From Owenia fusiformis (taxonomy: Eukaryota): DNA of 64,000 nucleotides. Within the stretch, counting starts at the first letter, position 1, and each line of letters starts with the position of its first letter. The position numbers were made by a program, and so were the translations under genes. Positions 14,549-39,529 of the stretch are shown here, in pieces. The notes beneath the pieces are model-generated. The model ran no database searches. It worked only from the letters and a program-made list of their open reading frames with translations, and was not told where the DNA came from. The stretch lies in NCBI GenBank assembly GCA_903813345.2, contig CAIIXF020000001.1, positions 31,930,001 to 31,994,000 of the forward strand, written 5' to 3'.

Positions 14549-17500
14549 AATTGTAGTAGATGGTAATAGCGCTAGATGTGAACTTAGAGAATACATGCTA
14601 GATTCTTGTTAACATAGCGTGTTTAATAAAGACATTATAAGGCAAGGCTACAAAAATGATTTTATTTTCATTTTTATTTTCATAATTTATTATCCATCAT
14701 TTAAATGTTCACTGTAACGGGACAGCAATATATTGTGCTATTAAAATTGCTCTGCTGAATCCATTCCAAGTTGCTTTTTTTCAATTTTTTTCAATGTCAA
14801 ATCATTGTCCTGTAAAATTTTGAATAATGGATAATAGTAAGTTTTTTATTTTCCAACCTACATACCCCAAATTTTGCAGTTATATAGTGCCAGGGGTTCT
14901 TAGTAATAATGTAATGTAACAAGTCCTTCAACTTGGATTATATTTGATCTAACAGAGGAGTTCAATTGGTCCGCCACCCTATTTCATGATACATTTTAGT
15001 TTTAGTCGCCTTGCTGATATAGCAGTATCAATGAAATGTAAGTCAAGTTTTTTTTAAACCTGTCTTAATTATCAGCTTTAGTTGAGTAATTTTCTAGATT
15101 TGGTGCCTTCATACTATCTCCTGGAGACCTTCCCATACCCTATTCTCACTGGGGTTTGCATCAGGGCTATTATCTTGGCGATCATCAGGCCGCATCAGTT
15201 CAGGTTTTTGTTATAAGTATGCTTCTGGTGCTTAAGACAATTTGGTTTAACACAATTAACAATTTTGCCAGATGCGTTCACTTCTAGAATCATTGCTTGA
15301 AGGCAGTTATACATGTATAATGGAACCACACATTCGTCAAATGATAAGTGTATCATAGGTTCTAAAATTGACAGCTTCTCTTTGTCTCATGAAAACTTCA
15401 TTTGGTAGGACAAAAGAACAAAGAGATATTTCATTTCATCCCTAAAATCATTTATTTCAACGTAATAAAATACAAAACTTTGTTAAGCATATTCAGTTCA
15501 AGTCAGATTTTGACAAGTCAAGTTGTAAAGGCATCTTCAACTGTTCCATCACACAATGAGGATGTAACAATTTAGAAACACTAAAAGTTTGGTGAACCAA
15601 ATCAACAGTGGCATCCATTGTTATCCATCAATCCATCCATACATCTATTTAGGACTCCTGATCAAAAAGTACTAAAAATATTTACCAATGTCTAAAAATA
15701 AGCATCTCCATTGTGTGATTTGATCATTTTCCTTCCATCTCTTTTTTACAAAATTATGATACAATTGAATATTTCTCGAAGAACAATTGAAAACCTTTTC
15801 TGCTAAGTTATCAAATATCATATTACAATAATTTTTACAAATTATGCAAAATATGAAATAACCAGAAAGCTATTACTGGAGATTCATCATTATGAAAATT
15901 TAGAAAACAATGTTGCAAGCTTAAATACAATAACATTTTCAAACATATGAAGAAGTTTCCAGTAATGCAGCTCTGGCTATTACATAAACCCATGTATATT
16001 AATTTAAGAGGTTGTCTCAGAAGTTTAACATTACAATCTACACATTATCCATTTCATAGCCTTAACAATTAACATATCCATTCAAATTTAATGTAAACCG
16101 TATGAGACAACACCTTAAATACATTAACCTCCACTTTGGTTAGACAAACACATTGCACTTCCACTCAGGATTATGTTCAAATGGTGACTGGTGTGGAAAT
16201 ACATAGCTATTGCCATTTTGGCTGTACCCCCAAACCCTTTCTGTTGATAAATTCCAAAATGGATTATGAACTATGTTTTTCTACCAGTGTCAACAATGCA
16301 TGTCCTCTTACTCAAAATTGGTATTCAGCAGGTAAATGGAGTCATTTGGAATTTGTTAAACACATTCAAGTTAAGAAACAATACTAGATTCTCAGATTTA
16401 GCAATTACCTGCAAAATATAATGAAAATTATGACAAACCTTGGCTTCTTTAACCCAAGCTAAGTCTTCCTACAAGATAATTGATCAATCTGAGAAGTCAA
16501 GTTTACATATATTGACATCCATATCCCTTTAGAAGAATCTATGAAATAACAGCAGTATTGTACTTAGTACTGTACAGTATGGAACAAAAATTGAACATAG
16601 GAAAAGGTGATTTCATGTTGTTTTCAAATTTAGCCAATGGCTTCACATCAAACATAATTTATGGTTGAGATTGTGACTTTTCATTAGTTAGATCCTTACA
16701 CAGCCATATTACATGTATGTACAGAATGAAAAAAAGAAATAACGTTAGAGATATTTACAATGATAACAAACATTGCCCAGTGCCAGTTTTAGTTGAATTA
16801 AATGATGAATGACAAAATGATGATAGGTAAATGATACCAGGTTTGAATTAGAAAAAAACAGTATTTGTCATAATTATTTCATGTCACAATCCCGGCCAAA
16901 AATAGAAAATTATTTTTGATGACCTTAAAAGTATTGGTAAAAGGACTATTAAATCACAATAATGATTACAATGTTAGAAATTATGTGGCTATCAATGTAT
17001 AAATTCATAAAATAACATAGTTTTATAGTTATGTATCACGTCAATTTTGCTAGGAATCACTGACCATGTAGATCAGATAATTATGAGCATTTGTAGTAAG
17101 GGTTCCCCACTCTAAGGAGATACAGAATCATTTAATGTTTCCTTCTCATAAACATACATAATTTGGAATATATACAAACATACATACGTAGTTATGTTCA
17201 ATACTTAAGAAGTGTGCGTTTTCTGTAATCAACACAAATTTTGCATTCTATTCAAAAGTATTGGTATTGCACAAATATGAGATAGGCCTAGTTTATTTTA
17301 CCTGAGTTCAAGGATCCATAACCCCCAACTCTCCAAGATCTAGATGGCCTTACTTTAACGAACGTATTCCATATGAGAAATAAGCAAGAAATAGCGTTAA
17401 AATCACACAACGAAAGCATGGAATTGCATGACCATCTAGAGACTTAAAGGAGGGGTTTGCCCCTATATTTCCTGAACAAAATTCACTGCATTTGGAAGTA

Positions 17501-19091
17501 ATAAGTTGTTCAAATGATTCATAGATTTTGTGGTACTTGAAATAGCTAGGAATTCTGAACAATATGTTCTTAAATGAATGAGCAAAGACTATTTGGATGG
17601 TTCCAAAAGTAAACATTTTCAAATACACAACCCTGTTTTAACATTTGATTTCATAATAAACATGCAATTTAGACTAAGTATTACTCTAAATATAAACCAA
17701 ATTAACCAATAGGAAGGCACAATATTTTAGTTTACATAAAGACACTTCACTACAGCTGTAACATGCGTTTAACGGAAGACATTATAAACGGGAAATAACA
17801 TTTAGTTTTCAATAATCGAGAGGTTGATATAAATGAACTAAGGAAATGTTAAACTCAACATCATTTCAATTCCGGAATGGTTTTAAGACATACTGTATAA
17901 TACTGCACATAATAGCAAACAGTCTAGTTGGTTATACTCATTATTTTACCCCTAATAAGATCTTCAAAATTTCAGTTACAATTATTTAACAACTGCTGAA
18001 CATAATGTCTATTGTGTATGTATGGGACTTTGGTGATACAAGCCAATGAGACAGTCATAATATTCCATATTGTGTAATATTATTTTCTAAATTAATAAAA
18101 AATGTACTTATTATTATTAATACATGCACAAGGTGAAAATCAATTATTTTCAAAATGCTTCCAAAGGCCTGCTGTATGCCTCAGTACTGAAATTGTTCAT
18201 TGTTTTCTACATGTACTTATTCCTTCTGACACATGTCCCAAACTTGACACTGACGCACTACTCGATGACTAAGCACCTGTGATGCTTTATTTGAATGACG
18301 GTTCACCTCAATAAAATTAAAAAGACCTCGTGAAGTCAATTAACTAAAACCCCACAGGTGTTTTAAAATAAAAAATATGTTCTAGTTGTGTAAAAAATAA
18401 GCCCAATATAACTCGCTATCTTTAAATCATGTATGGTTGTCAGACTCCACAAAAGTTGCCTATTTGAAGATATTCTGAGCTTATTCTTTAAACTTTTTAA
18501 TATGTGAAAATAAAAATAGGCAAAAATGTCCTCCTTTTTAAAAATATATAACATTTTGGAACATGGTACCACATTGTGGTACAATATATATATGGCATAA
18601 CTAACATTGTACAGATATAGTTAACATATATGCATATATATCTTACAAACTGTTTCGTATTTTGGCATTGCCCTGACTGCTAGTACCCCTTATTGTTTTT
18701 AGTGTGTGTGACATTATCCATTATGGTTTCCATCTATTCACACATAACTGCTGCCTTCGTGACGGGGATATTTTGATTTCAGTTTCATTGCCTTGGCAGT
18801 TTTTGTGTTCCAACTGGTTTTCACTACCTAAGGCTATAACTTGAAAACGATAAAAATATTTTTTATGTTTTAAAGTTTTTGAGATTTTTTTCTCTTAATG
18901 ATGAGCAAATGATAATATGACACATCGTCCTCTCTGGATCGTCAAATAGTTCAGTTTCTCAATTCTGTACCTATGTACTGTCAAACTTTACAGATCACAG
19001 TCCTCAAATACTACACTGTCTCTTAGTAAGATGCAAAATAGAGTCAAATTTCTCAAGTTAGATGAAATACAGGTAATAACTGTTAAAAGAG

Positions 19092-30049
<10,958 letters not shown>

Positions 30050-31484
30050 TATGTCACACTGTCTGATGTTATCAACTCTCTTTCAATCCTTTCATTCAGG
30101 CTCAGGAATTGTACTAAAACCTGTCCTATATCGTCCAAGACGTCCTATGACGCTAACATTCAACTGCCAACTAGCCAAGGCTGATGCAAGCAAAGGCCAA
30201 CACAGTACATACGTATACAACATCCTATTCATGAACAGCTGCACTTGGATTGGATCACATTCAAATCATTTCACCTTTGGTAACATGCAATGTTTAGATT
30301 CAACCTTTTGGACTAGATTTCCACAAAAAGTATTTCACTAATTATTTAAACACCTTTTATTTACTCATCACTGGAATATTTTCCAAGCCATGAATTTTTC
30401 TTCAGCTATTTGTTTCAAATTATAATAATTTGGATTTTTATGTTGCATTTCAATAAGAGTGAGTGTTTACAAACAATCCAAATCTTATTGATTACATTTG
30501 ACTCAGTGAATTGCAGGCTTTTCATTGGTTTATTTCTGTGGGCTGACAGGTGTTATATGAAATACACATTAAGGGCCCCCTAATAAAATATTGTTATAAA
30601 GATAATGGATATGACTAAAAGAAACCGTCATACCCAAGTCCTAACATATACAGCTTAAACTGGCCTGGTGAACTGTATTTTGAGGCCAAAGAGACTAAAT
30701 TACGTGGAACTTACTTTCATGATGAAGTAAATTCCCATTTGTGTTTACTTGTACTTCCCTTTGTATACTGTAATAAGTATTACACAGGCACATAGAATTT
30801 TCTTAGAACATTTCACCATCGTAATATAAGGCCATAGTATTAGCCAAACCCTGAAACCAAATTTTTGAAGATTATTTAGAAGGAAGTATTCAAAATAATC
30901 AAATGAAGCAATCCAATTGCTCACTTGATAATTTACCTTATGAGTGAAATTATAACAGATTTATCAAATAATTCACAATTGTTAAGTAGGTTAAAATGCT
31001 ACTGTATCTCATTTGGTATAATTATTGATATATGATGCAATCAAATTGAAATAAAAAACACCTCTAGTTGAAAGCCCATGGTTGCATGAGTATCTGTCCC
31101 TCCCTAATATATTTCACAATGTAGGCTCCAGAGGATTGATGCAACTTTTAAGTTTGTGTAATAGCATGAAGTCCTTGATTTCAGTCTCTCCCCCTGCCCC
31201 TCCGCCTCCCGAGTAACTCTACCCTTTGCATTCATTCAACTTTGCTTCTCAAAAGAGAGCTTCATCTTCACTCTTTCAATTTTCAAAAAATTCTGAACTC
31301 ACCGTGCTAATAAGGACGACGGTCATTTTCTCTGATGTAATAGCATACTTATTGAGCATGCATTTAGCACGGGTTCCTTCCAGCTCACTGATTGGTTGAG
31401 AATATGTCAGTGCGGTAGGTAGGAAATGATTTATGACCCGAGCCGTCATGGGCATCAGTTATGGGGATAGGGCTGCTAAACCAT

Positions 31485-32218
31485 AACAAGGCATTAGCAT
31501 GACAAAATGTCACCACCTTGTTGCTCACAATATTATTCAATCTTTTGTCAGATTTGAATTTCTGAGAACTTGTAGATGATTTTGAAAAAATAAATTTGTC
31601 AATTTGAAGCAAGTTGAAAAAATAACTTTTTTTGTCCATGAGAAGGTCATTGAAGGTGAAATCTTTTTTGACCTTGAGAATGTCATTGAAGGTCAAATCT
31701 AAAGTCAGATTTGAACTGTTGAGAACTGTTGAGAAAAATACCCTTTTGACCTTTTTTTGAGCTTGAGAAGGTAAGTGAAGGTCAAATCAAAAGTCAGATT
31801 TGAACTTCTGATAACTTGTAGATGATTTTGAAAAAAAATTGGTCAATTTGAAGCAAGATGAAAAGGGACCTTTTTGACCTTGAGAATGTCATTGAAGGTC
31901 AAATCTATAGTCAGATTTGAACTTCTGATAACTTGTGGATGGTTTTGAAAAAAAAATTGGTCAATTTGAAGGAATTGAAAAAATACCTTTTGACCTATAT
32001 TTGACCATTGAAGGTCAAATCTTGAATATAAAGTCAGATTTGAACTTCTAAAATCATGTAGAAGATTTTGAAAAATTGAAGTCAGTCTAAACAGTATTTG
32101 TTAAGTTATTGGAAGTTGTAAGAATTCGTAAGACGCCGTTCGCCAACTACCAACCGACGTAAAAAAAGAAAGAATGAAAACCATAACAATATGTCACCAC
32201 TTTTTGGTGGTGACATAA
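31485..32218 (+). mobile_element. HINE-type family A element carrying an internal tandem array (~120-bp units)
   Basis: 5' AACAAGGCATTAGCATGACAAAATGTCACCACC; 3' hairpin ATGTCACCAC-TTTTTG-GTGGTGACAT; about 4-5 degenerate repeats of gaaggtcaaatctaaagtcagatttgaacttctgataacttgtagatgattttgaaaaaa. Confidence 0.65.
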
Positions 32219-32229
32219 TAAATTCGATA

Positions 32230-32916
32230 CTAGGCAGAGGGTAGTTTATAACTAGACTCTGCGTGCAGGGTAGAGTAACTCACTCTTTTCTGATGACGTA
32301 GATAGAGGACAAAACCGCAAGAGGACCTTTATTATTACATTATCTAATTGAACTAACAATACATCAATCAGAGAGAAAAATCCCCCAAAATAAAGCTAAC
32401 AGGTGTAAGGTCTGATGTAAGCCTAATCAAGGTGGTGTACATAACTTACAGTTACATCAATATAAAACACAACACCATAATCTTACATCACAAATACTCC
32501 AATTAGCGATAAGACTTCAAGTGGTAATTTACATAAATATCTCCCATGATGCATCGCTTTGGAAGGAACAAATTTTACTTGGCCCGCCGAATGAGTTGAT
32601 TACTACAGGTGACAACAAATGTTTCAATTATCCAAAAACCCTAGAAGTTAAAACCCTTGAAGATACATTGCAGAGAGATTCAATCCAAAAAAGTTATTTT
32701 AAATGTTACTATTTGAATGTGGTTTGAATATTAGTTCCAGGGTTGCAAATTTCTAATAGGTTTCATGCAGAAATGAATCATACTACAAAAGGTAATTAAG
32801 AACAATTAATTATCACCAGATAATGACGTCAGCATTTCACATTTTTGCCCATTTATTGGCAGCTAGCAGGATAAGTACCCTGCGTGCAGAGTCTAGTTAA
32901 ACTACACTCTGCCTAG
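32230..32916. mobile_element. MITE with ~40-bp TIRs, TA-flanked
   Basis: ta|CTAGGCAGAGGGTAGTTTATAACTAGACTCTGCGTGCAGGGTA ... TACCCTGCGTGCAGAGTCTAGTTAAACTACACTCTGCCTAG|ta. Confidence 0.7.
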
Positions 32917-33205
32917 TAGAGACAATATTACAGTTTAGTACCCCCGTCCCCACGACGGGTACCGGTGACAGTTTGAGTAATAAATCACTTCTGTCCTATG
33001 CGCTGACCTTTCTTCCACCATTCAGCGAGCTTGAAGAAACACACGCCAAATACATTCTAATTAAATATGAGCATGTCATTGGTCAATTCTGGGCTCAACG
33101 ATGACGTCAGAAGGAATGACCATATATAGAACGTCGGTCAAATTTGGCCGACGAACACTGATTGGCGCGGTGACTTCACAGGTTTATTTTAGTTTGAAAG
33201 AGTGA

Positions 33206-33252
33206 AGACGAAGCTCTCTTTTAAGAAGTGAAGTCAAACGAATGCAAAGGGT
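33206..33252 (+). repeat. Dispersed repeat end (other copies at ~36376-36424 + and ~42632-42681 -)
   Basis: aagacgaagctctcttttaagaagtgaagtcaaacgaatgcaaagggta recurs three times with few mismatches. Confidence 0.6.
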
Positions 33253-33571
33253 ACAGGATAAGTGATAAGTCAAGCTAAGTACATAAGCAACAACAGGTGT
33301 CTATTTACTCAGGTACAGTAGACCTATACATGTGCCCTGAATGTCAGAAACTTAATGAGATGAACCTCTCTTTTAAATAAGCAAAATGATCATTCTGATA
33401 TTCATAGCATCTTTCTGTTTCACCTAAAACATCTCAAGGCTGAGAAGAAATGTCATGGTTTATCATGATGCAAAATGATTGGAAAAGGAATAACATATGT
33501 GAACATCTCTCTTTTCAATAAATATGACAAAATGTAGACTTTCTGTAGTCTTTTTTTTAATATATGATTGA

Positions 33572-34110
33572 CACTGCTACCCACCTAATTACACAGACGT
33601 ATCGTCGGTGTATCATGGCGGAACTTCCTCCGGGACTAGGTTTTGGTAAGATTTTTTTATTTCCCGATTTACACCTACTTATAAGTCACGTTGTGGATAA
33701 TAATTTGGCTCGAAGTTAAGGAAGATAGTCTAGTTTGAGAATGTGTCGATGGTTTTAGGTTTTATATGTTAACAAAGACACAATTCACGTATTTAGTCCC
33801 TCGCTTTTCTTACACTGACGATCGGCATTAATATTGCCAATATTACACTGATATTGGTCGTTCGTCAGAAAAAGAAAAGCGAGGGACTAAATACGTGAAT
33901 TGTGTCTTTGTTAACATATAAAACCTAAAACCATCGACACATTCTCAAACTAGACTATCTTCCTTAACTTCGAGCCAAATTATTATCCACAACGTGACTT
34001 ATAAGTAGGTGTAAATCGGGAAATAAAAAATCTTACCGAAACCTAGTCCCGGAGGAAGTTCCGCCATGATACACCGACGATACGTCTGTGTAATTAGGTG
34101 GGTAGCAGTG
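33572..34110. mobile_element. Foldback MITE with CAC...GTG termini and 5-bp TSD (Transib/RAG-like signature)
   Basis: ATTGA|CACTGCTACCCACC...GGTGGGTAGCAGTG|ATTGA; arms of ~240 bp are almost perfectly complementary (one mismatch noticed). Confidence 0.85.
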
Positions 34111-34291
34111 ATTGACCTACGGAACAATTCTAATCCAGTTCAGTAAGTGCTCACTTAGACAAGGTTTACTGTATAGTGTTGTACTTTTACTTTGTGGGTG
34201 TTGGAGCTAGAGCTGCTAACATTGATTTATGAACCCTATGGCCATAAAAGTGATAGAATAACATGTTCATATTGAACATAGACAAGACATA

Positions 34292-36074
34292 CAGTGGCGT
34301 AGCGTCGTTTACGCAAAGTACGCAAATGCGTCCACTGGAACAATCCAATGTTTATCTGAATATTTGGAAATTCTAAATTTCTCAAGTTTTAATAAGCAAA
34401 GCCATTGTTCAACCTTATCATTTCGTATCTTTGAACAGGGTTCAACCATAGAAATTAGGTGTTTATTTTAGTCCCGACATGTCATTAATGATTCTTTCAA
34501 ATTATACTCTCATAATTTCGTGAATACCTGTGTTGCAGAACGCAGCTTTTCTGCTTTGAAACGCATAAAAACATACCTTAGGTCAACAATGGCGGAACAA
34601 CGCCTTAGTAGCCTTGCATTACTGAATATACACAGGGACCGTCAAATTGACCTGGACAATGTTGTTGACACTTTTGCGGAAAGAAAAAACAGGAGAATAA
34701 GTTTCATTCTGTAAAACTGAACTTGGGCCCTTTGTCCTTTTGATATGAGACTGCTGTAATTGAGTATATATATATATTTATCCCATACTTGGACGTGTTA
34801 CGGGTACATAAAGCCGGTTTGTAAAAACTTATATTTTCATCAGCGGGCAGATATAGCTTTACATCCCGCTCCGAGCGGGCAGATATAGTATATCTGCCTG
34901 CTACGTCATAATCAGATAATCGCTGTTCCCGTATTGGTCCTTTTTTGTAACGTTCGCATACTGTAAACGACAATGGAGAAAAACGCAGACAATCGCGATC
35001 TGTTATATGCTTTGAAGAAGGGAAGGAGCAGTATGCCCCGTTAATAATCAAAGATTTGAACAGGAAAATCCGGCTACGGACAAAAATACAAAACTGGACA
35101 TGAATATTTTAAAATAATTCCACGGTTTGTTGCTAAGTTTCTGAACTTTGGCCAATTGAACAATGTGATTGGAATGGGATAAACAGATCATCCTATAGTC
35201 GGTTCAGGATACTTGGATTATCCCTTGGCCAATATAATATATCTTTCCTCGGGACCTACGGCCCTCGGGCAGATATATTATATTGGCCTCGGGATAATCC
35301 CAATATCCTGAACCTCATATAGGATAATCTCTATATATTCATGTTTGTAGTTGCATTGAGCATGGAATAGACATTGAGCATGGAATCTCACATATGAGGT
35401 TCTCTGTGTGTTTGCCTCAAAAGCGGCATTGGCCTGATTCCAATTCCATAAGACCTCATTCGAAAAGATTGTAAACATTCCTGTGTCCATCAGTCAGACT
35501 CGTTTTTCAAATACCAGATTAAACACTGTCCAAGATACAAGCGACTTGTGAGACCAAATTTTGCCTCTGGCCAAACTATTTTCTGAAAAAGAACAGTGAT
35601 GCAATCCCGTAATAAACCCCAGGGAAGCAACTATGTGTACAATTTTCATAGTTGTACGTTTTCGTTTCGTCGTACTCACATGAGTCGGAAAATAGAAAAT
35701 ATGATTTTATGTTATTATTCCTTGTTATATTCCTTTATGAAAACACGGGACGATCGATACGTAAAGTTTTAGTGTATTGACCGATATTTGAACTTTGTAC
35801 AGTAGGCCTACATCATCAATTATTCCATCATGCTTGTACGTTTTTCGCTTGTTTGATAACGTAAAGTGCAATTCCTGGATCCTAAATAAATTAGCTAGAT
35901 TTCTCCATTCATTCTTAACGATACATTAAATATTTTTGCTTGAATTTCTACAAGACTTATAATGAGTACTTATGAGTAAATTTCAAGTGGAAATGAATGC
36001 GTATCGGGTAAACCCCCCCCATCCCAATTTTGGAATTTTGTGTCCCCTAGTAAAATTGCCACGCTACGCCACTG
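34292..36074 (+). mobile_element. Internally deleted hAT transposon (Tip100/Zaphod-like) with nested repeat
   Basis: TIRs CAGTGGCGTAGCGT / ACGCTACGCCACTG; contains a hAT dimerisation-domain remnant and a hairpin element at ~35190-35335. Confidence 0.75.
34520..34714 (+). pseudogene. hAT transposase C-terminal dimerisation domain fragment
   Basis: ERSFSALKRIKTYLRSTM..RLSSLALLNIHRD..DLDNVVDTFA motif; rest of the transposase absent. Confidence 0.85.
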
Positions 36075-38226
36075 CATAACACGCCTGTAGCCAGGTTTTG
36101 GTAAGGGGAGGGGGGATTACTGCAGTTTCTTTAAATTTCCAGGAAATCAGTTTATGCATTCCGCTTATGTTTTTCATCTAAAAAACTTCGATACACTTTA
36201 AACCTTTTATTGACTATGAGATTGCACCATATAATCCCCAAAAAATATTTCTCATTTTCAAGGATAATCTATGCATTTAACACCCAGGTATTTTTTATTT
36301 TTTATGATGTCAGAGGAAATGGTCGTATATAAAAGGTTGTCAATATTTCGATGACAAACTTTGTTTGGCTCGGCTAAGATGAAGCTCTCTTTTAAGAAGC
36401 GAAGTCGAACGTATGCAAAGGGTAGATTTCAAATAATTTTTAAAACAAATTCTTTATTATTAATTCATATTGGCCATATTGTGAATGTAGGACCTCTTGG
36501 AAACTGAACTTGATCAAATGAACATGGCTGTAAACTTTTTAGTTCACTTCAATAGTAAATACATTTATCTCTTCTATGTTTACTAGAAAAAAAAACTGAA
36601 CAATATAATTATGAGTTAAATGAGTACAAGAGAACCAGAACACACAAGATCAAAATGATCACCCAGTTTTAAGACACGGCCTTTCCATACACAACTGAAT
36701 GGCTACACTGTAACAAATACCAGTTTCATCCACATCAACAACCTGTGATCAACATCATGCAGAGAACAAACACAAGTTTATCATGTTGTTCACATAAAGC
36801 ATAGCCTGCTCTCGTGCAATGGCGCAAGCAATAAAGCTGCGTAGTGTGGAAAATACCTTTTACTTTTGAATATCAACAGTACATAAACATATGATTCATA
36901 ATTAATGCCAGATACTATGAAAGGGTTGACTAAAACACAACATGTGATCTGTTAAATATTAATTATAAACAAAGTTGTAGCTTAACAATAATACAGGGAC
37001 TAACCCTCATAACAAAAATCTGAAAATGACCTTCAAACATGATCTCTCTAACAACACAGATTTACATTCAAAATTCAAAGGTTAATAACCTTAGTTTGCA
37101 CTTGATGTAGCTACAGATCAGGACTGAATGGTGCTACTCTCAACTCATAGACTATCAGTAAATATATATGTATCAGTAAATATATGTGTATGATTGTGAA
37201 GGAGCGTGATTTAATATAATATTTGGTGACTCGCTATATATAATTGATTGATGAACCGAGATGAATTTACCAGAAAACTTGGACTTATCCTCAGATAACC
37301 TTGTACATTCACTCAGTATCAAGTATACATGTACTCTTTTCCAAGCATCTGCCACACAAACCTTCATAAGAGCATGTTCATAATATTCTATTTATATTTC
37401 TAACCAATCCCTAAGATTTCTAGGTCAGATTAGGTTAATGTGCTAATGTGCTAAATTTAATAAATTAACCCATTAAGTAGTAAGTATATATTAATGATTG
37501 ACTTTAGATTATCACTTGGATTAACCCAAATATCAGGGTCATTTAACTTAAGTCCCCATCTAACGAAAATATGTTTTTATCATTCATTCTATTTTTCATG
37601 ACTTAAAAATCAGTTCAGAGTGTTTTGAAAAAAGGAAGGAAGCCCCTTAAAGGCAGAATCAGATCTATAGGGGGTGACAAAATTACAAGCAACTTGTCTA
37701 ATTGACCAACCAATCTTTTCCTTACAATATCAAATACAATATCTCCAAAAAGATTCACAATGTGTAATACATTGGTGAAGTTATTAATGATTCAAAGTAC
37801 AAAAGTGGGTGAAAAATGTTTAAATTCTCCCAAATAATAAAAATGGTAACCATTCTTATAGAAAAATAATGTATTATTGTAAAAATCTTTAGTTTTCCTG
37901 GAATAAAGTATGAACTTTTGTGTTTTTTAGAAAATAGACATGACAAGGAATGACATGAGCCAAAAATATTTTAAAATTGGAACAATTTTTTGTTTAGCCT
38001 GCTTGCTATCTCTGATTCTCTCTTTAATTACCAATATAGCATAGATGGAGGAATTTTGCGATTAAAAAATAAAATTTCTTGGACATAATTGAACATAACT
38101 TGCCTTATTCATAGAGCATAGTGAAAATAAGCCGACTTAAGCCTATATTAGATGATGTTATGCATACATGCGTGTTAAAACATAAAACTATTGACAAAAA
38201 AACAAAAAGTTCCTAAACATATCTAG

Positions 38227-39096
38227 TAGAGGTGTAACTCGCCAGAAAAATCCAACTCGAGTTCAACTTGCCAAATATTTCCAAAACTCAAGTAAAACTC
38301 GAGTTCATTCATTCCGTCCAGTACATATTGTAAACCCGGGTATACAAAATTACTGTAACTTTAAGCGGCAAGATTCTCTGGTTTAGTCACATCAAAAAGG
38401 TGTTTAACACGTTGGGGCCATAAGAAAGTGTGGTATTCATTGCAGTTATCTCATATTTCAATCAAAAACGATCTGGTATAGACGTCGCCGCATACGGTAA
38501 GGACGAGAGATCGCTAGAATCTAACCAAACAATATTTTAGAAAACCCAGAAGGGCCCCTCAAATTAATGAATGGTTTTCCCGGATTATCTTCATTATTTA
38601 TACTAAAGACTGCTGTTTATCGATCTAAAGTTAAGACTTATGATCTTAATTTAATGATAGATCATCTTTTTCATGTAAAAGTCGTGTAAACGACGTGAGA
38701 ATAGGGGGACCATTTTTATTCAATTTTAGTGACTACTCTATTATCGCCCGCTAAGTTCCTTCGATATTCGATCTTTTTCTGATTTTTTGGTGTAACTCAT
38801 CATTCCACGATATTTGTTGAACTTTGTGAAGCTTTCAGAGTGTTTTTTAGGTGACGGGCGCTAAATATGGCGATCATTGGTATATTTATTCCACTAATGA
38901 AGTAATGTTGCACAATCTCTGGGACCCGAATTCATTTTACATGCTTGCAAGATAGGCGAAACTCGCGAGTTGACTCGAGTTATAGCTAGCTCGCGAGTTG
39001 AAATAGATTGCGAGTTTCTAGAGGACAACTCGAGCCAATGTATAGGCAGCTCTGACGAGCTGTACTCGAGTTACTGACTCTGGAGTTACACCTCTA
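38227..39096. mobile_element. hAT-family MITE
   Basis: 8-bp TSD ATATCTAG on both sides; TIR TAGAGGTGTAACTC / GAGTTACACCTCTA; subterminal ACTCGAGT repeats. Confidence 0.85.
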
Positions 39097-39529
39097 ATAT
39101 CTAGACTAGTACCGGAGCGTTTCCAGTTCACTGTGTTAACCAGGTCGCAGCGTTTCTTGAACATGAGAATGTCATCATTTTTAAGACTGGATTTTTGGTC
39201 ATCAAATCACAATTACGATAATGTATGGTGTGTTGAAGCATTGAAATTTGACCAAAATATACGTTGGTGCTCTAGCCTCTAAGCTTGGCTAAATTAATCA
39301 CACGTCTCGACAAAAGGGGTTTTGACCGGTAGAATGACAAATACGTTTATGAATTGTGATAACTATACTGCTCTTCCTAATTGATTCAAACGTCAACAGC
39401 CAGCCTTACCTTATTCTTCGGCCACAGAGTGTGGCCTTACACTATCGTCAAGCCCTGTTTGTTTTATTGCTTTTTACACTATCCCCTGTAGACTGTTGCT
39501 ATGAATTAACTCAAATGTAATAAACATAC

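Noticed and set aside
30051..30341. Plus-strand ORF containing RPRRPMTLTF, resembling the JIP1 docking motif
   Set aside because: Antisense to MKNK, overlaps its start exon and acceptor, and has no supporting gene structure; treated as coincidence
31385..31696. 103-aa ORF with repeated TFND motifs
   Set aside because: Translation of the tandem array within the HINE-type element
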